64,000 bases of DNA from Nitrospirota bacterium (GTDB lineage Bacteria; Nitrospirota; UBA9217), in assembly GCA_963840455.1 (NCBI GenBank), contig CAWIYV010000001.1, forward strand, positions 96,001-160,000. Reading direction: 5' to 3'. The notes under the pieces are model-generated. The model was given only the letters and a program-made list of their open reading frames with translations. It searched no databases and was not told where the DNA came from. This document shows, piece by piece, positions 54,795 through 64,000 of the stretch. Both the position numbers and the translations under genes were made by a program. Every line of letters begins with the position of its first letter. The stretch's first letter is position 1.

Positions 54795-56735
54795 TCACCC
54801 CCTTGTCAATTCTGTTGTCGTGCTTTTGCTGGCAATGATATCCGTTACACGGTTCATAAACTCATCAAGCGGCATGGCACCGAGGTCTTTTCCGCCCCGT
54901 TCGCGCACTGCCACCGTATTCTGCTCGATCTCTTTGTCCCCCACCACCAGGATGTAGGGGACCTTTTCCATGGCAGCCTCGCGGATCTTGAAGCCGATCT
55001 TTTCGGACCGGGGATCCAGCTCCGCCCGGATGCCAGCTGCGCGAAGCCGGTCGCGCACGCCCTTGGCGTAGTCGAACTGCTTGTCGGAGATGGACAGGAC
55101 CTTTGCCTGCACCGGAGCGAGCCACACCGGGAACGCGCCGGCATAGTGTTCGATCAGCATGCCGAAGAACCGTTCGATCGATCCCAGGAGCGCCCGATGG
55201 ATCATGTAGGGCCGGTGAGCCTGGTTGTCCACGCCGACAAAGGTCATATCAAACCGTTCCGACATGTTAAAATCGAACTGCACGGTGGAACACTGCCACA
55301 ACCGTCCAAGGGCGTCCTTGATCTTGATATCGATCTTCGGCCCGTAGAAAGCGCCCCCGCCCTCATCTATTTCGTAGCTCAGGCCGACCTTTTCAGCGGC
55401 AACCTTGAGGGCTTGGGTAGCCTGCTCCCAGCGGGAACTCTCTCCCACTGACTTTTCCGGTCGCGTAGCAACATAGGCCTTAAAATCATCAAATCCAAAC
55501 GTCCGAAGCATCTTGACCACGAACGCGAGAACGCTGATGACCTCTGTTTCCATGTCTTCGGGTGCCACGAAAATATGCGCGTCGTCTTGAGTAAATCCGC
55601 GAACGCGAAGCAACCCATGCAGCACGCCCGAGCGCTCGAACCGGTATACCGTACCCAGCTCCGCATACCGCAGCGGCAGTTCACGGTATGAGCGCAGCTT
55701 GTTCTTGTAGATCATGATATGGAACGGGCAGTTCATCGGCTTTACATAATATTCCTGCCCCTCTATATCCATGGAGGAATACATGTTCTCCCGGTAAAAA
55801 CCGAGATGGCCCGACGTTTCCCACAAAGAACCGCGTCCAACATGAGGAGAATACACGAAATCGTATCCGCTCTTCAAGTGTTCGTCGCGCCAGAAATCCT
55901 CGATGGTCTTCCGGATCAGCGCGCCCTTCGGGTGCCACAGGACCAGTCCGCCTCCGGATTCCTCGGAGATGGAGAACAGGTCCAGGTCCTTGCCGAGTTT
56001 CCGGTGATCGCGCCTTTTGATCTCTTCAAGCCGCGTGACGTATTCATCCAACGCTTCCTTGTTCGGGAACGAGATGCCGTAGATGCGCTGAAGCATCTTG
56101 TTCTTCTCGCTGCCGCGCCAGTAGGCGCCTGCAATGGAAAGCAGCTTGAACGCCTTGATCCTGGCCGTGGATGGAACGTGGGGACCGCGGCAAAGGTCGG
56201 CAAAGTCCCCCTGCTCATAGATCGAGATCGCTTCATCGGGCAGTTCGCCGATAAGCTCCGCCTTGTAGGTCTCGCCTCTGTTGTTAAAGAACGCCAAGGC
56301 ATCGGCCTTGGAAATGTCTTTTCTTGTGATCGGCGTGGCCGCTTTGGCCAGCTCCGTCATTTTCTTTTCGATCTTCTCGAGGTCCTCGGGCGTAAAGGGA
56401 CGTTCGAGGTCGAAATCATAGTAGAACCCCTCTTCGATCGCAGGACCGATGGCAAGTTTTGCCTGCGGAAAGAGCTGCTTGACCGCATGCGCCATAAGGT
56501 GCGAAGTGCTGTGCCAGTACACTTCGTGTCCCTCAATGCTGTCAAACGTGAGGATCGCTATGGAAGCATCTTGCTCAACAGGAAGGTTCAGGTCCTGAAG
56601 CCGTCCATCGATCTTGATGGCGAGGGCGTCCTTTGCCAGGCGGGAACCAATCTTCTCGGCTACTCCCTGACCGGTGATGCCTGCGGGCACCCGTCTTTCG
56701 GAGCCGTCAGGCAGCCTCAGCCGTATCTCACTCAT
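54795..56735 (-). CDS. thrS: threonine--tRNA ligase
   Basis: TGS domain, [29 protein letters not shown]. Confidence 0.98.
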   Translation of the reverse strand: MSEIRLRLPDGSERRVPAGITGQGVAEKIGSRLAKDALAIKIDGRLQDLNLPVEQDASIAILTFDSIEGHEVYWHSTSHLMAHAVKQLFPQAKLAIGPAIEEGFYYDFDLERPFTPEDLEKIEKKMTELAKAATPITRKDISKADALAFFNNRGETYKAELIGELPDEAISIYEQGDFADLCRGPHVPSTARIKAFKLLSIAGAYWRGSEKNKMLQRIYGISFPNKEALDEYVTRLEEIKRRDHRKLGKDLDLFSISEESGGGLVLWHPKGALIRKTIEDFWRDEHLKSGYDFVYSPHVGRGSLWETSGHLGFYRENMYSSMDIEGQEYYVKPMNCPFHIMIYKNKLRSYRELPLRYAELGTVYRFERSGVLHGLLRVRGFTQDDAHIFVAPEDMETEVISVLAFVVKMLRTFGFDDFKAYVATRPEKSVGESSRWEQATQALKVAAEKVGLSYEIDEGGGAFYGPKIDIKIKDALGRLWQCSTVQFDFNMSERFDMTFVGVDNQAHRPYMIHRALLGSIERFFGMLIEHYAGAFPVWLAPVQAKVLSISDKQFDYAKGVRDRLRAAGIRAELDPRSEKIGFKIREAAMEKVPYILVVGDKEIEQNTVAVRERGGKDLGAMPLDEFMNRVTDIIASKSTTTELTRG

Positions 56736-56777
56736 AGTTTGTCATGTTCTCTTATCGTGTTGATATACCAAGGAAAA

Positions 56778-56852
56778 TGGTAGGCCCGGGCGGTTTCGAA
56801 CCGCCGACCTCTACCGTGTCAAGGTAGCGCTCTCCCACTGAGCTACGAGCCT
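56778..56852 (-). tRNA. tRNA-Val(GAC)
   Basis: cloverleaf; anticodon arm CTACC-TTGACAC-GGTAG; GGTTCGAAA T-loop; encoded CCA. Confidence 0.96.
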
Positions 56853-56873
56853 ATGGACCTTTAGTGACCGTGA

Positions 56874-56902
56874 ATTCTATGAAATTTCCGGTTGTTTGTC
56901 AA
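56874..56902 (-). promoter_or_regulatory. sigma70 promoter of tRNA-Val/thrS operon
   Basis: TTGACA-17 nt-TAGAAT. Confidence 0.75.
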
Positions 56903-57142
56903 GGATAAAAACCTTGATTTCACAGAACATATTATCGTTTGGGGAAATCGGTGAACGAAGGGCAAACCACGAGGAAGATTAGGACAAAACCGGTATGATA
57001 AATTTGCGCACTACGACATTTGCGGACGAACTGCGATGATCGAAGGGCACGGGCAGTTTCCGGGAATGTATTTACACATTTTTCTTCACGGATTCATTCA
57101 TTACAATTGATCATTGGCTTATCTATTTTTTAATTAAAGAAC

Positions 57143-57173
57143 AAAATAAGCCGATCACGTAGTGACCGGCTTA
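57143..57173 (-). terminator. probable terminator after tRNA-Arg
   Basis: TAAGCCGGTCAC-TAC-GTGATCGGCTTA-TTTT. Confidence 0.65.
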
Positions 57174-57185
57174 ACAAAGCTTTAT

Positions 57186-57262
57186 TGGTGCCCCTGGGGT
57201 GATTCGAACACCCGGCACGCGGTTTAGGAAACCGCTGCTCTATCCACCTGAGCTACAGGGGC
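57186..57262 (-). tRNA. tRNA-Arg(CCT)
   Basis: cloverleaf; anticodon arm GCGGT-TTCCTAA-ACCGC; encoded CCA. Confidence 0.96.
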
Positions 57263-57267
57263 GTTAA

Positions 57268-57357
57268 ATTGCGGATTTCGGATTGCGGAATACTGCATTG
57301 AAGGTCTCCTTTGTCTTTGCTTTTTCAATCCGCAATCTGCAATCCGAAATCCGCAAT
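57268..57357. repeat. inverted arrays of heptamer repeats (AATCCGC family)
   Basis: ATTGCGG ATTTCGG ATTGCGG ... AATCCGC AATCTGC AATCCGA AATCCGC AAT. Confidence 0.8.
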
Positions 57358-57360
57358 ATA

Positions 57361-58332
57361 TTAAAGCATTCCCTCCAGGTCTATCTTCTTCCGCTTGGTA
57401 ATGGCCCGGAGCTTGTTCAGCGCCTGCGTCTCGATCTGACGCACCCGCTCCCGGGTGATGCCGAACTCTTTACCGATGCTGTCCAGGGTCATGGGCTCGC
57501 CGTCGTTCAGGCCGAACCGCATTTCCACGACCTTCTTTTCGCTCACCGAGAGCTGCTTCAGCCAATCGTCAATGTGCTCTCTCCGGCGGATATCATCGGA
57601 AAAGCTCGCCGGAGACAGGGCGTTGGTGTCCTGAAGGATGTCCTTGAGCGTGTCCTCTTCCTGGTCGCCGATGAGCATGTCCAGGGAATAGGTCTCACGC
57701 ACCACCTGAGAGATGCTCCGTACCTTGTCTATGGTAACCTTCATCTTCTTGGCGACCTCCTCTGTGGAGGGGTCCCGGCCGAGCTTCTGGGTCAGCTGGC
57801 GATTAGCGCGCATGTAGGAATTCACGATCTCGGCGATGTGCACGGGAAGGCGGATCGTGCGTGTCTGGTTCACGATGGCCCGTTCAATCGACTGTTTGAT
57901 CCACCAGGACGCATAGGTGCTGAATTTGAATCCCCGCTGGTACTGGAACTTCTCGACAGCACGGATGAGCCCCAGGTTGCCCTCCTCGATGATATCGGAG
58001 AACGGGAGACCGCGATTGATGTATTTCTTCCCGATAGCGACCACAAGCCGCAGGTTTGCCTCGATCATCCGTGCACGGGCTTCCTGGTCGCCCTGGGCGA
58101 TCAACTTTGCAAGTGATTGTTCCTGCTCGAAGGTAAGGAGGGGTGTCCTGCGGATTTCCTTGAGGTAATACTTGATGGCATCGAGACCTTTTTGGGATGA
58201 GCCCGCCTCGTCGTCGCCGCTGCCCGGTTGTTCCTTCTGGTTCAGCTTGTCCTGTGCGTCCTTTTCATCAAGCTCTTCGCCGTACTGCTCCGTGCCCATA
58301 ACGTCATCGACCGACCGTTCCCTCTCGCTCAT
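57361..58332 (-). CDS. rpoS: RNA polymerase sigma factor, RpoD/RpoS family (RpoS-like)
   Basis: [47 protein letters not shown]; lacks region 1.1. Confidence 0.8.
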   Translation of the reverse strand: MSERERSVDDVMGTEQYGEELDEKDAQDKLNQKEQPGSGDDEAGSSQKGLDAIKYYLKEIRRTPLLTFEQEQSLAKLIAQGDQEARARMIEANLRLVVAIGKKYINRGLPFSDIIEEGNLGLIRAVEKFQYQRGFKFSTYASWWIKQSIERAIVNQTRTIRLPVHIAEIVNSYMRANRQLTQKLGRDPSTEEVAKKMKVTIDKVRSISQVVRETYSLDMLIGDQEEDTLKDILQDTNALSPASFSDDIRRREHIDDWLKQLSVSEKKVVEMRFGLNDGEPMTLDSIGKEFGITRERVRQIETQALNKLRAITKRKKIDLEGML

Positions 58333-58411
58333 TCACTCCCCTTATGCCCGGGAAAATATCGTCAGCGATGCTGCGTTCCCTGCGAGCTTGAGTCACCGGA
58401 AAGATTAAGAA

Positions 58412-58489
<78 letters not shown>

Positions 58490-58499
58490 CAAGGCTGAT

Positions 58500-58528
58500 A
58501 TAATATACTAACTTAGACTCTCTGTCAA
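58500..58528 (-). promoter_or_regulatory. sigma70 promoter of tRNA-Pro (and possibly the sigma gene)
   Basis: TTGACA-17 nt-TATTAT. Confidence 0.7.
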
Positions 58529-59832
58529 CGCTGTTTCTTCTTCGCCGCGATAAAATTGTCGAACGCTTCCTGAAAATAATCTTTCGACTGCCTGATGGTC
58601 TCCGGTACGCGTTTTTCGTAAAGGGCCCTGCCTTCGGTGATATCTTCATTCAGCAGGTCGTAGAACGTCCCCCTGGCTATGCCTTCAGCCACAGCCTCCT
58701 GATTGTACAGCGCAATATCGGAAACGATGAGCCGGGCGAACCGCCGCGCCCGTTCGACCTCTTCAGGATCCACCGCGACCTTCTGCGGTTCCTTCACCGG
58801 TGCTGCATACTCATCCTGTTCGAAGAAGGAAGCATCCAGCTTGAGCGACTCGTCCTGCATCGCCGGTCGCCTGATCTCCGGCTTCGGTGGTTCGGTCTTT
58901 GCTGCTACGGCCGGTGGCGGGGAGGTCTGCAGGGCTCTCGGCTCCTCAACCTTCGGCGGCGGAGCACCGGGGGCCGGTGATGACTGAGAAGAGAACCTCT
59001 TCCGGGCAATGTCGAGGGTCACCGGGACCTTGGGCAAAACGTCCGGAACTTCCGGCGCAATAAATCTTGCAGCCGGGACCTGCGGCGAATGTTTCGCTGT
59101 CATAGCGGCCGATGGTCGGGGGCTGAGTCCGGGAGCAGGCGATGCATCACCGGTCGATGCTGCCAGGTCCGGGGCAGCTGCCGGCTGGCCCGAGAGAAGC
59201 TGTCTGAGCTTCGGTACGAGCCTGTCCGGGATATGATGTTTTTCGATAAAATCGTCAGCACCGTAGAGCGTGACAGGATTTCGCTTATACGCCGTCAGGC
59301 CATATACGGAAGAAAGCAGGATGATCTTGATGTTCCGGGTGTCCGGGTCCCCTTTCAGGCGCTCACAGAGCTCAAAACCGTAGATACCGGTAAGGCCCAC
59401 ATCAACGATCATGACCTTGGGTTTGAGCGCAGTCGCCTTTTTGAGCGCATCAAGCCCGTCCGCGGCATGTACGACGGTCAGTCCTGCCTCCTTGACCACT
59501 CCCTGGACCATCTCAGCCACCAGCTTGCTGTCATGTGCCACGAGCATGAGCGAGGACGAAGGGGCAGGAACCGTTCTCTGCATAGACGCCGGTTCCGCTT
59601 TCGGCGCAGATACAGGTACCGTTACCGCCGGCGCCGGAGGTGGCGATGCAACGCTCGATGCCGGGGCGAACCAGGGCATGGCAGGTTCCGAAATAGGCTC
59701 TGATGCGGCAGGCGCAGACCTCCTGGCCAGATGGACCGTCCCGCATTTCGGACACTTGATCCGCACGCCGGCCTCGCTAAGCTTATCGTCGCTGACCTTG
59801 AGTTTCGCGCCGCATGTACAGGTTACGATCAT
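58525..59832 (-). CDS. zinc-ribbon + receiver domain protein with helical C-terminal domain
   Basis: CTC...CPKC finger, receiver (VAHD, IVDVGL, GADDFIEK), Pro-rich linkers, ARRFARLIVSDIALYN domain; start ATG 59832. Confidence 0.8.
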   Translation of the reverse strand: MIVTCTCGAKLKVSDDKLSEAGVRIKCPKCGTVHLARRSAPAASEPISEPAMPWFAPASSVASPPPAPAVTVPVSAPKAEPASMQRTVPAPSSSLMLVAHDSKLVAEMVQGVVKEAGLTVVHAADGLDALKKATALKPKVMIVDVGLTGIYGFELCERLKGDPDTRNIKIILLSSVYGLTAYKRNPVTLYGADDFIEKHHIPDRLVPKLRQLLSGQPAAAPDLAASTGDASPAPGLSPRPSAAMTAKHSPQVPAARFIAPEVPDVLPKVPVTLDIARKRFSSQSSPAPGAPPPKVEEPRALQTSPPPAVAAKTEPPKPEIRRPAMQDESLKLDASFFEQDEYAAPVKEPQKVAVDPEEVERARRFARLIVSDIALYNQEAVAEGIARGTFYDLLNEDITEGRALYEKRVPETIRQSKDYFQEAFDNFIAAKKKQR

Positions 59833-60527
59833 AGAACGCCGTATCTCCTCCCGCCCCAGAACGGGACCGTGCTCCTCTTGAACAGGCCGATGAGCATCAT
59901 CCCGGCGAGGAAGCCGCCGATGTGCGCATACCATGCAACACCGCCGCCTTCCCCCTGCGTGACCAATGCGTTCAGGAACTGGAACACAAACCAGAAACCG
60001 AGGACGACAATCGAGGGAACCTCGATCATCCGTACAAAGAACCCCAGGATGAAGAGGGTCAGCACCCGCGCCTGCGGATACAGAATCAGGTACGCACCCA
60101 GTACGCCCGAAATGGCCCCCGATGCCCCGATCATCGGGACCAACGATTGCGTGTTCGTCATCGCGTGGCTGACCGCTGCAACCATGCCGCAGAGCAAGTA
60201 GAACACGATGAAGCGGAACCGCCCCATAGCGTCCTCGACGTTATTGCCGAAGATCCAGAGATACAGCATGTTCCCGGCAAGGTGGAACAGTCCCCCGTGC
60301 AGGAACATGGAGGTAAACAACGTCACCCCGGCGGGAAACGGCCCGGGTAACGCCGTGGCCGCGTGAAAGAGCCGGGCCGGGACCAGCGCGAATGCCCCAA
60401 CGAAATACTCCCCCTGCCCTTCGCCAAGAGAGATCTCATAGAGGAATACGAGGATGTTAAGCGCGATGAACAACACGGTGACGATGGGAAATCGTTCCGT
60501 GGGGTTGGAATCCTTCAGTGGTATCAC
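59829..60527 (-). CDS. rhomboid family intramembrane serine protease
   Basis: SMFLHGG..HLAGNM, GASGA, AHIGG. Confidence 0.95.
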   Translation of the reverse strand: MIPLKDSNPTERFPIVTVLFIALNILVFLYEISLGEGQGEYFVGAFALVPARLFHAATALPGPFPAGVTLFTSMFLHGGLFHLAGNMLYLWIFGNNVEDAMGRFRFIVFYLLCGMVAAVSHAMTNTQSLVPMIGASGAISGVLGAYLILYPQARVLTLFILGFFVRMIEVPSIVVLGFWFVFQFLNALVTQGEGGGVAWYAHIGGFLAGMMLIGLFKRSTVPFWGGRRYGVL

Positions 60528-60770
60528 AACTCAACCTCGTCGCGCCACCCGCCTCGCTGGCTGCTCTGCGAATCAGGGCGCCGCTGGCCACCTGACAACA
60601 ATAACTGAATAAAAATACAGGATTTTGTTGGCTTTGTCAATAAATGGAGGGGACCCGAGCGGCATCGAAACGCACGTACTCCAAGCCGAACAGGAGCTCA
60701 CATCCGGCCCGGAAAAGATCAGGCCCGCCGGAGATCCCCAAGTCGGGCCAGGGGGTCAGGCGCTGGTTGA

Positions 60771-61120
60771 CTATTTGTTCTTCCCTTCACCCATTGCCCT
60801 CACCGAGATGAACGGCACAGCACCGCCGGTCACATTGGGAAGATGTCCGTCCCATTTATCAATGGCCTTCATCTGGGCCTCCACCTCGCGCAGTCGCACG
60901 AGTTCGGGTGACATGGCCTGACGCTGGAGCCGGAGCGCCTCGGCCTCGCCTGGGCCGTGGCGATCCTCTGCTGCGCCTCCACCTTGATGCGGTCCAAGTC
61001 CCGCTTGGCCTTGAGCGCCAGCTGCTCAGCGGTCTGCTTGGATTCAATGGTTTTGCTGAATTCCGGCGAGAACTCGAAATCCGTGATCGAAAGCTCGACC
61101 ACCATGATGCCGAACGGCAC
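60771..61120 (-). pseudogene. 5'-truncated, frameshifted prohibitin/SPFH (band 7) gene remnant
   Basis: ITDFEFSPEFSKTIESKQTAEQ...AQA continues after a 1-nt deletion near 60948 as EAEALRLQ...IDKWDGHLP.VTGG..PF; N-terminal half absent. Confidence 0.8.
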
Positions 61121-61147
61121 CCCCGGCGAGCATTGGATCGCTCAATC

Positions 61148-62581
61148 TTATTCCAGATATTGTCTCACATTGATCTTGGCAAGGTTTGGATCAATCGTAC
61201 CGAAGATCGAGCGTTTCGGGCGGCCGCCTTCTGTTTCCAGGAGGCTTACTTCAATGCCGGAATCCTTTTCGGAGCCATCGAACTTCGTAAGGAGCAGTAC
61301 CCGGGGCCTCAGCAGGTCCCTCGTCTGATGCATGACGATCCCGATCTCCCCGGTATCAAGCTTGACCAGCGTTCCGACGGGGTAAATGCCGACCATGTTG
61401 ACGAACGCCTTCACCAGAACGGGATTGAAGGCGGTCCCGCGCTTCTTCAGCATGATCCGGATCGCCTGGTCAGGCGGTGTCGCGACCTTGTAGTACACCC
61501 GCGCCGCAATGATCGCATCATAGATATCCGCCATCGCCACGATCTCCGAGAAGGGATGCATCTGGACCACGTCATCCATCCGGGGATACCCGCGGACACC
61601 TCCATGCTGGTGGTGTTCGAAGGCCGCAACCATGGCCAGCCTGGTCATGGCGGGAACGTCCGCCAGGATGAGCGCCCCCTCGACGGGATGACGCTTGATA
61701 ATCTGAAATTCCTCGTCCGTCAGCTTATCTGGCTTGTTGATGATCTCCAGGGGGATGCTCACCTTGCCGATGTCGTGCATCATCCCCGCGATGCCGAGCG
61801 CCGCGATCTGCGGCTTGTCAAAGGACAGGTAGCTCCCGAGTGAAATAGCAAGGACCGATACGTTCACCGAATGGGCAAAGGTGTACTCATCGTACATCTT
61901 GATGTTCGTCAATCCCACCATGGCATCGCGGTTCTCCAGGATGTCATCGACCATGGAGTGGACCATCGAACTGACCTTGCGCATATTGACGGCCTTTTCC
62001 AGATGCACGGACTGAACGATCTCCTTGACGGTGTCGAAGGCCTCGCTGAAGACCTCGTTCGCCTTCTTCTTCGATTCCTTGATGGCGCTTCCGCGCTTCT
62101 TGTCAACGAGGATCACGCGGTGCAGGACGATATGAGTGATATTTTCCTTCGCGATGACGCCCGCACCTCCACCTTGTGCAACAAAGTACGCCTCATCCTT
62201 GTTCATCAGGTTCGCGAACAACACCAGTTCATCCCGCGTGATCCCAGGCTTGAAGATGACACCTCCCACGTCCCGCGCGGTGAACTGCTCCATCAGCATG
62301 GACTGGCTCTGGTCGACCGGAACGGAATGGGTCTCGAAGAACAGTTCGCCCGCCACCAGGTAGAAGGCGACCTCTTTCCGCGACAGCAGCAGATCGTTGA
62401 TCTTGCTGAGGAGCTGATCTGCGGACGCGAGCAGGAACGGATGGGCAGCGGGATATACCGCCGCGGCCCTGACGACCCCGGCAATCTGCTGGAACGCAGA
62501 TTTTGCCGAGGCGATCAGCTGCTGCTTCGCATAAAACGACTGCCGCGCTTCTCTCCGGGCTTCACCCAGTTCTTCCTGCAT
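61148..62581 (-). CDS. HD-GYP domain cyclic dinucleotide phosphodiesterase
   Basis: YTFAHSVNV, MHDIGK, EHH, RGYP, ADIYDA. Confidence 0.92.
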   Translation of the reverse strand: MQEELGEARREARQSFYAKQQLIASAKSAFQQIAGVVRAAAVYPAAHPFLLASADQLLSKINDLLLSRKEVAFYLVAGELFFETHSVPVDQSQSMLMEQFTARDVGGVIFKPGITRDELVLFANLMNKDEAYFVAQGGGAGVIAKENITHIVLHRVILVDKKRGSAIKESKKKANEVFSEAFDTVKEIVQSVHLEKAVNMRKVSSMVHSMVDDILENRDAMVGLTNIKMYDEYTFAHSVNVSVLAISLGSYLSFDKPQIAALGIAGMMHDIGKVSIPLEIINKPDKLTDEEFQIIKRHPVEGALILADVPAMTRLAMVAAFEHHQHGGVRGYPRMDDVVQMHPFSEIVAMADIYDAIIAARVYYKVATPPDQAIRIMLKKRGTAFNPVLVKAFVNMVGIYPVGTLVKLDTGEIGIVMHQTRDLLRPRVLLLTKFDGSEKDSGIEVSLLETEGGRPKRSIFGTIDPNLAKINVRQYLE

Positions 62582-64000
62582 TGCCCTGTCTCCTCTGGAT
62601 CTCTGCGATGGCTGGCTCAGCTGCTGCGCGGAGCTCGTCCTGCGGTCTTCTGGCCTTCCACCACCTGACCTTCAAGTACCGTTTCAAGAACTCCGCGGTC
62701 TCGGCGTCTCCGATCTTTTCCAGTGTCTTGAACACTTCCTTGGTCAGTTCGTTCTCTTTCTTCTTGATCGGACGTCCTTCAAGGAACTCGGTAAGCGCCT
62801 GCGCCTCGCTCTTTCCCGCCCCGTGAATGCTGGCGAGACCCCGAATGGCGGAGAGCTGAATGTCACTGTCGATGTCATTGATGAAGCGGCAGAGCAGGAC
62901 CGCTGCTTTTTTCCCTCCGATGTTCAGGAGTCCCTTGATGACCTCCTGCCGAACCTGGATCTGCGTGTGGCTCGTAACCTTCTCCAGGAACGGAAGTGCA
63001 TCCTCTGAACCGCTGTCCCCGAGGATGTTCACGATGTTCCGGACCACGAACCACCGGCTGTCGGAGAGATGGCGCCCGATGATGGAGATCTGCTTCCTGC
63101 CGAGATCTTTCAGTATCTCGACCAAGTTTTTTCGAATGGTACGGTCCTTCTCGACCGCAAGGATCTCCAGCAGGACCGTCGTCGCCTCCCGGTCAAGCAC
63201 CATCAGGTAGGAATAAGCGGCAAGATATTCCGGCGACCCCTTCTTGTTCATGCGCATGTCGGTCACGACTGCGCTGATAACATCGCGGGAAGAAGCCTTT
63301 TTGATAGCCTCGACCATCCGTGGTTTGAACGCCGCATCCACCGGCAGATGATACGAGCGGACTATGATCGTCGCTAGGGCATAGTCCTTGGTCTTGAGCA
63401 GATAGGTCAGCATGTCCTCGAGCTGTTGCACGAGGCTCGAGAACTGGTCAAGCTCCTTCTCGGGATGCAGCGTGCGGTAAGGGTTCTTCACCAGGGGGAG
63501 CAGGAAGATCAGCGTTCTGACCGATGCCTCGATGATGTCTGACTCCATGCCCACTTCACTGATGATCTTCAGGGCCTCCATCTCTTCAGGCGTATATTCC
63601 GACAGCTCGAGCGCAATGCGGTACAGGTCCTCGGTGAGCGGTACGGCGGAGACCTGGGAGGGAGGGATGGCGGGAGCTGGTTTCTCCGGCTGCTTGGCAG
63701 CAGATCTTTTCAGGAGCGTGGCGATCTGCCTGACGGTCCATTGCCTGGAATACCGACCCGTTACAATCTCATGCAGCTCATCGGGTATGTGGCTCTGTGA
63801 TACCAGGGAACCTGCCACACCTTCGTACCCCGGCGCTCCAGCCTCCTGTCCTTCGCCTTTCTCCTCGCCCTGTTCCCGCACCTGTTCGGCGTCCATTTCT
63901 GCATACAGCTTCGCAGCAATGAACTTATCACGGTATTCAGGGTCCATGGCAAGGACCGACTTGGCCAGCCCCTCGAACAACTCATCACTCTGCTCCCGAT
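62562..64000 (-). CDS. HEAT-repeat protein (5' end outside the window)
   Basis: D.RWFVVRNIV.ILG and QVRQEVIKGL..IGG HEAT-like repeats; frame open to the window edge. Confidence 0.8.
   Translation of the reverse strand, partial: REQSDELFEGLAKSVLAMDPEYRDKFIAAKLYAEMDAEQVREQGEEKGEGQEAGAPGYEGVAGSLVSQSHIPDELHEIVTGRYSRQWTVRQIATLLKRSAAKQPEKPAPAIPPSQVSAVPLTEDLYRIALELSEYTPEEMEALKIISEVGMESDIIEASVRTLIFLLPLVKNPYRTLHPEKELDQFSSLVQQLEDMLTYLLKTKDYALATIIVRSYHLPVDAAFKPRMVEAIKKASSRDVISAVVTDMRMNKKGSPEYLAAYSYLMVLDREATTVLLEILAVEKDRTIRKNLVEILKDLGRKQISIIGRHLSDSRWFVVRNIVNILGDSGSEDALPFLEKVTSHTQIQVRQEVIKGLLNIGGKKAAVLLCRFINDIDSDIQLSAIRGLASIHGAGKSEAQALTEFLEGRPIKKKENELTKEVFKTLEKIGDAETAEFLKRYLKVRWWKARRPQDELRAAAEPAIAEIQRRQGNAGRTG

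Noticed and set aside
56903-57185. Genomic island at tRNA-Arg(CCT)
   Set aside because: AT-rich but short, with no integrase and no duplicated tRNA 3' end seen.
57268-57357. CRISPR array
   Set aside because: The repeats are 7-mers without unique spacers, and no cas genes are present.

Overview
GC-rich bacterial chromosomal window, probably from an anaerobe of the Nitrospirota/Desulfobacterota type (inferred from gene content only). It holds housekeeping genes (ligA, nfo, recG, rpmB, metK, ahcY, prfB with its +1 frameshift, thrS-infC-rpmI-rplT, an RpoS-like sigma factor, three tRNAs), several two-component/sigma54 systems, a cobalamin uptake locus with two B12 riboswitches, a c-di-GMP-I riboswitch, and a complete Hyb-type (group 1c) [NiFe]-hydrogenase locus (hybO-A-B-C-D plus hyp genes). 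Main finding: the hydrogenase large subunit has an in-frame TGA exactly at the second Cys of the N-terminal RxCGxC motif (codon 64), followed by a SECIS-like hairpin, while its C-terminal DPCxxC motif is all Cys. This suggests selenocysteine at a Ni-Fe BRIDGING ligand rather than at the terminal Ni ligand used by known [NiFeSe] enzymes. The same operon has an in-frame HypC-HypA fusion and a sigma54 promoter. No CRISPR array, prophage or intact transposase was seen. A ~115-bp palindromic element occurs three times. All calls come from reading the sequence by eye; no searches were run.
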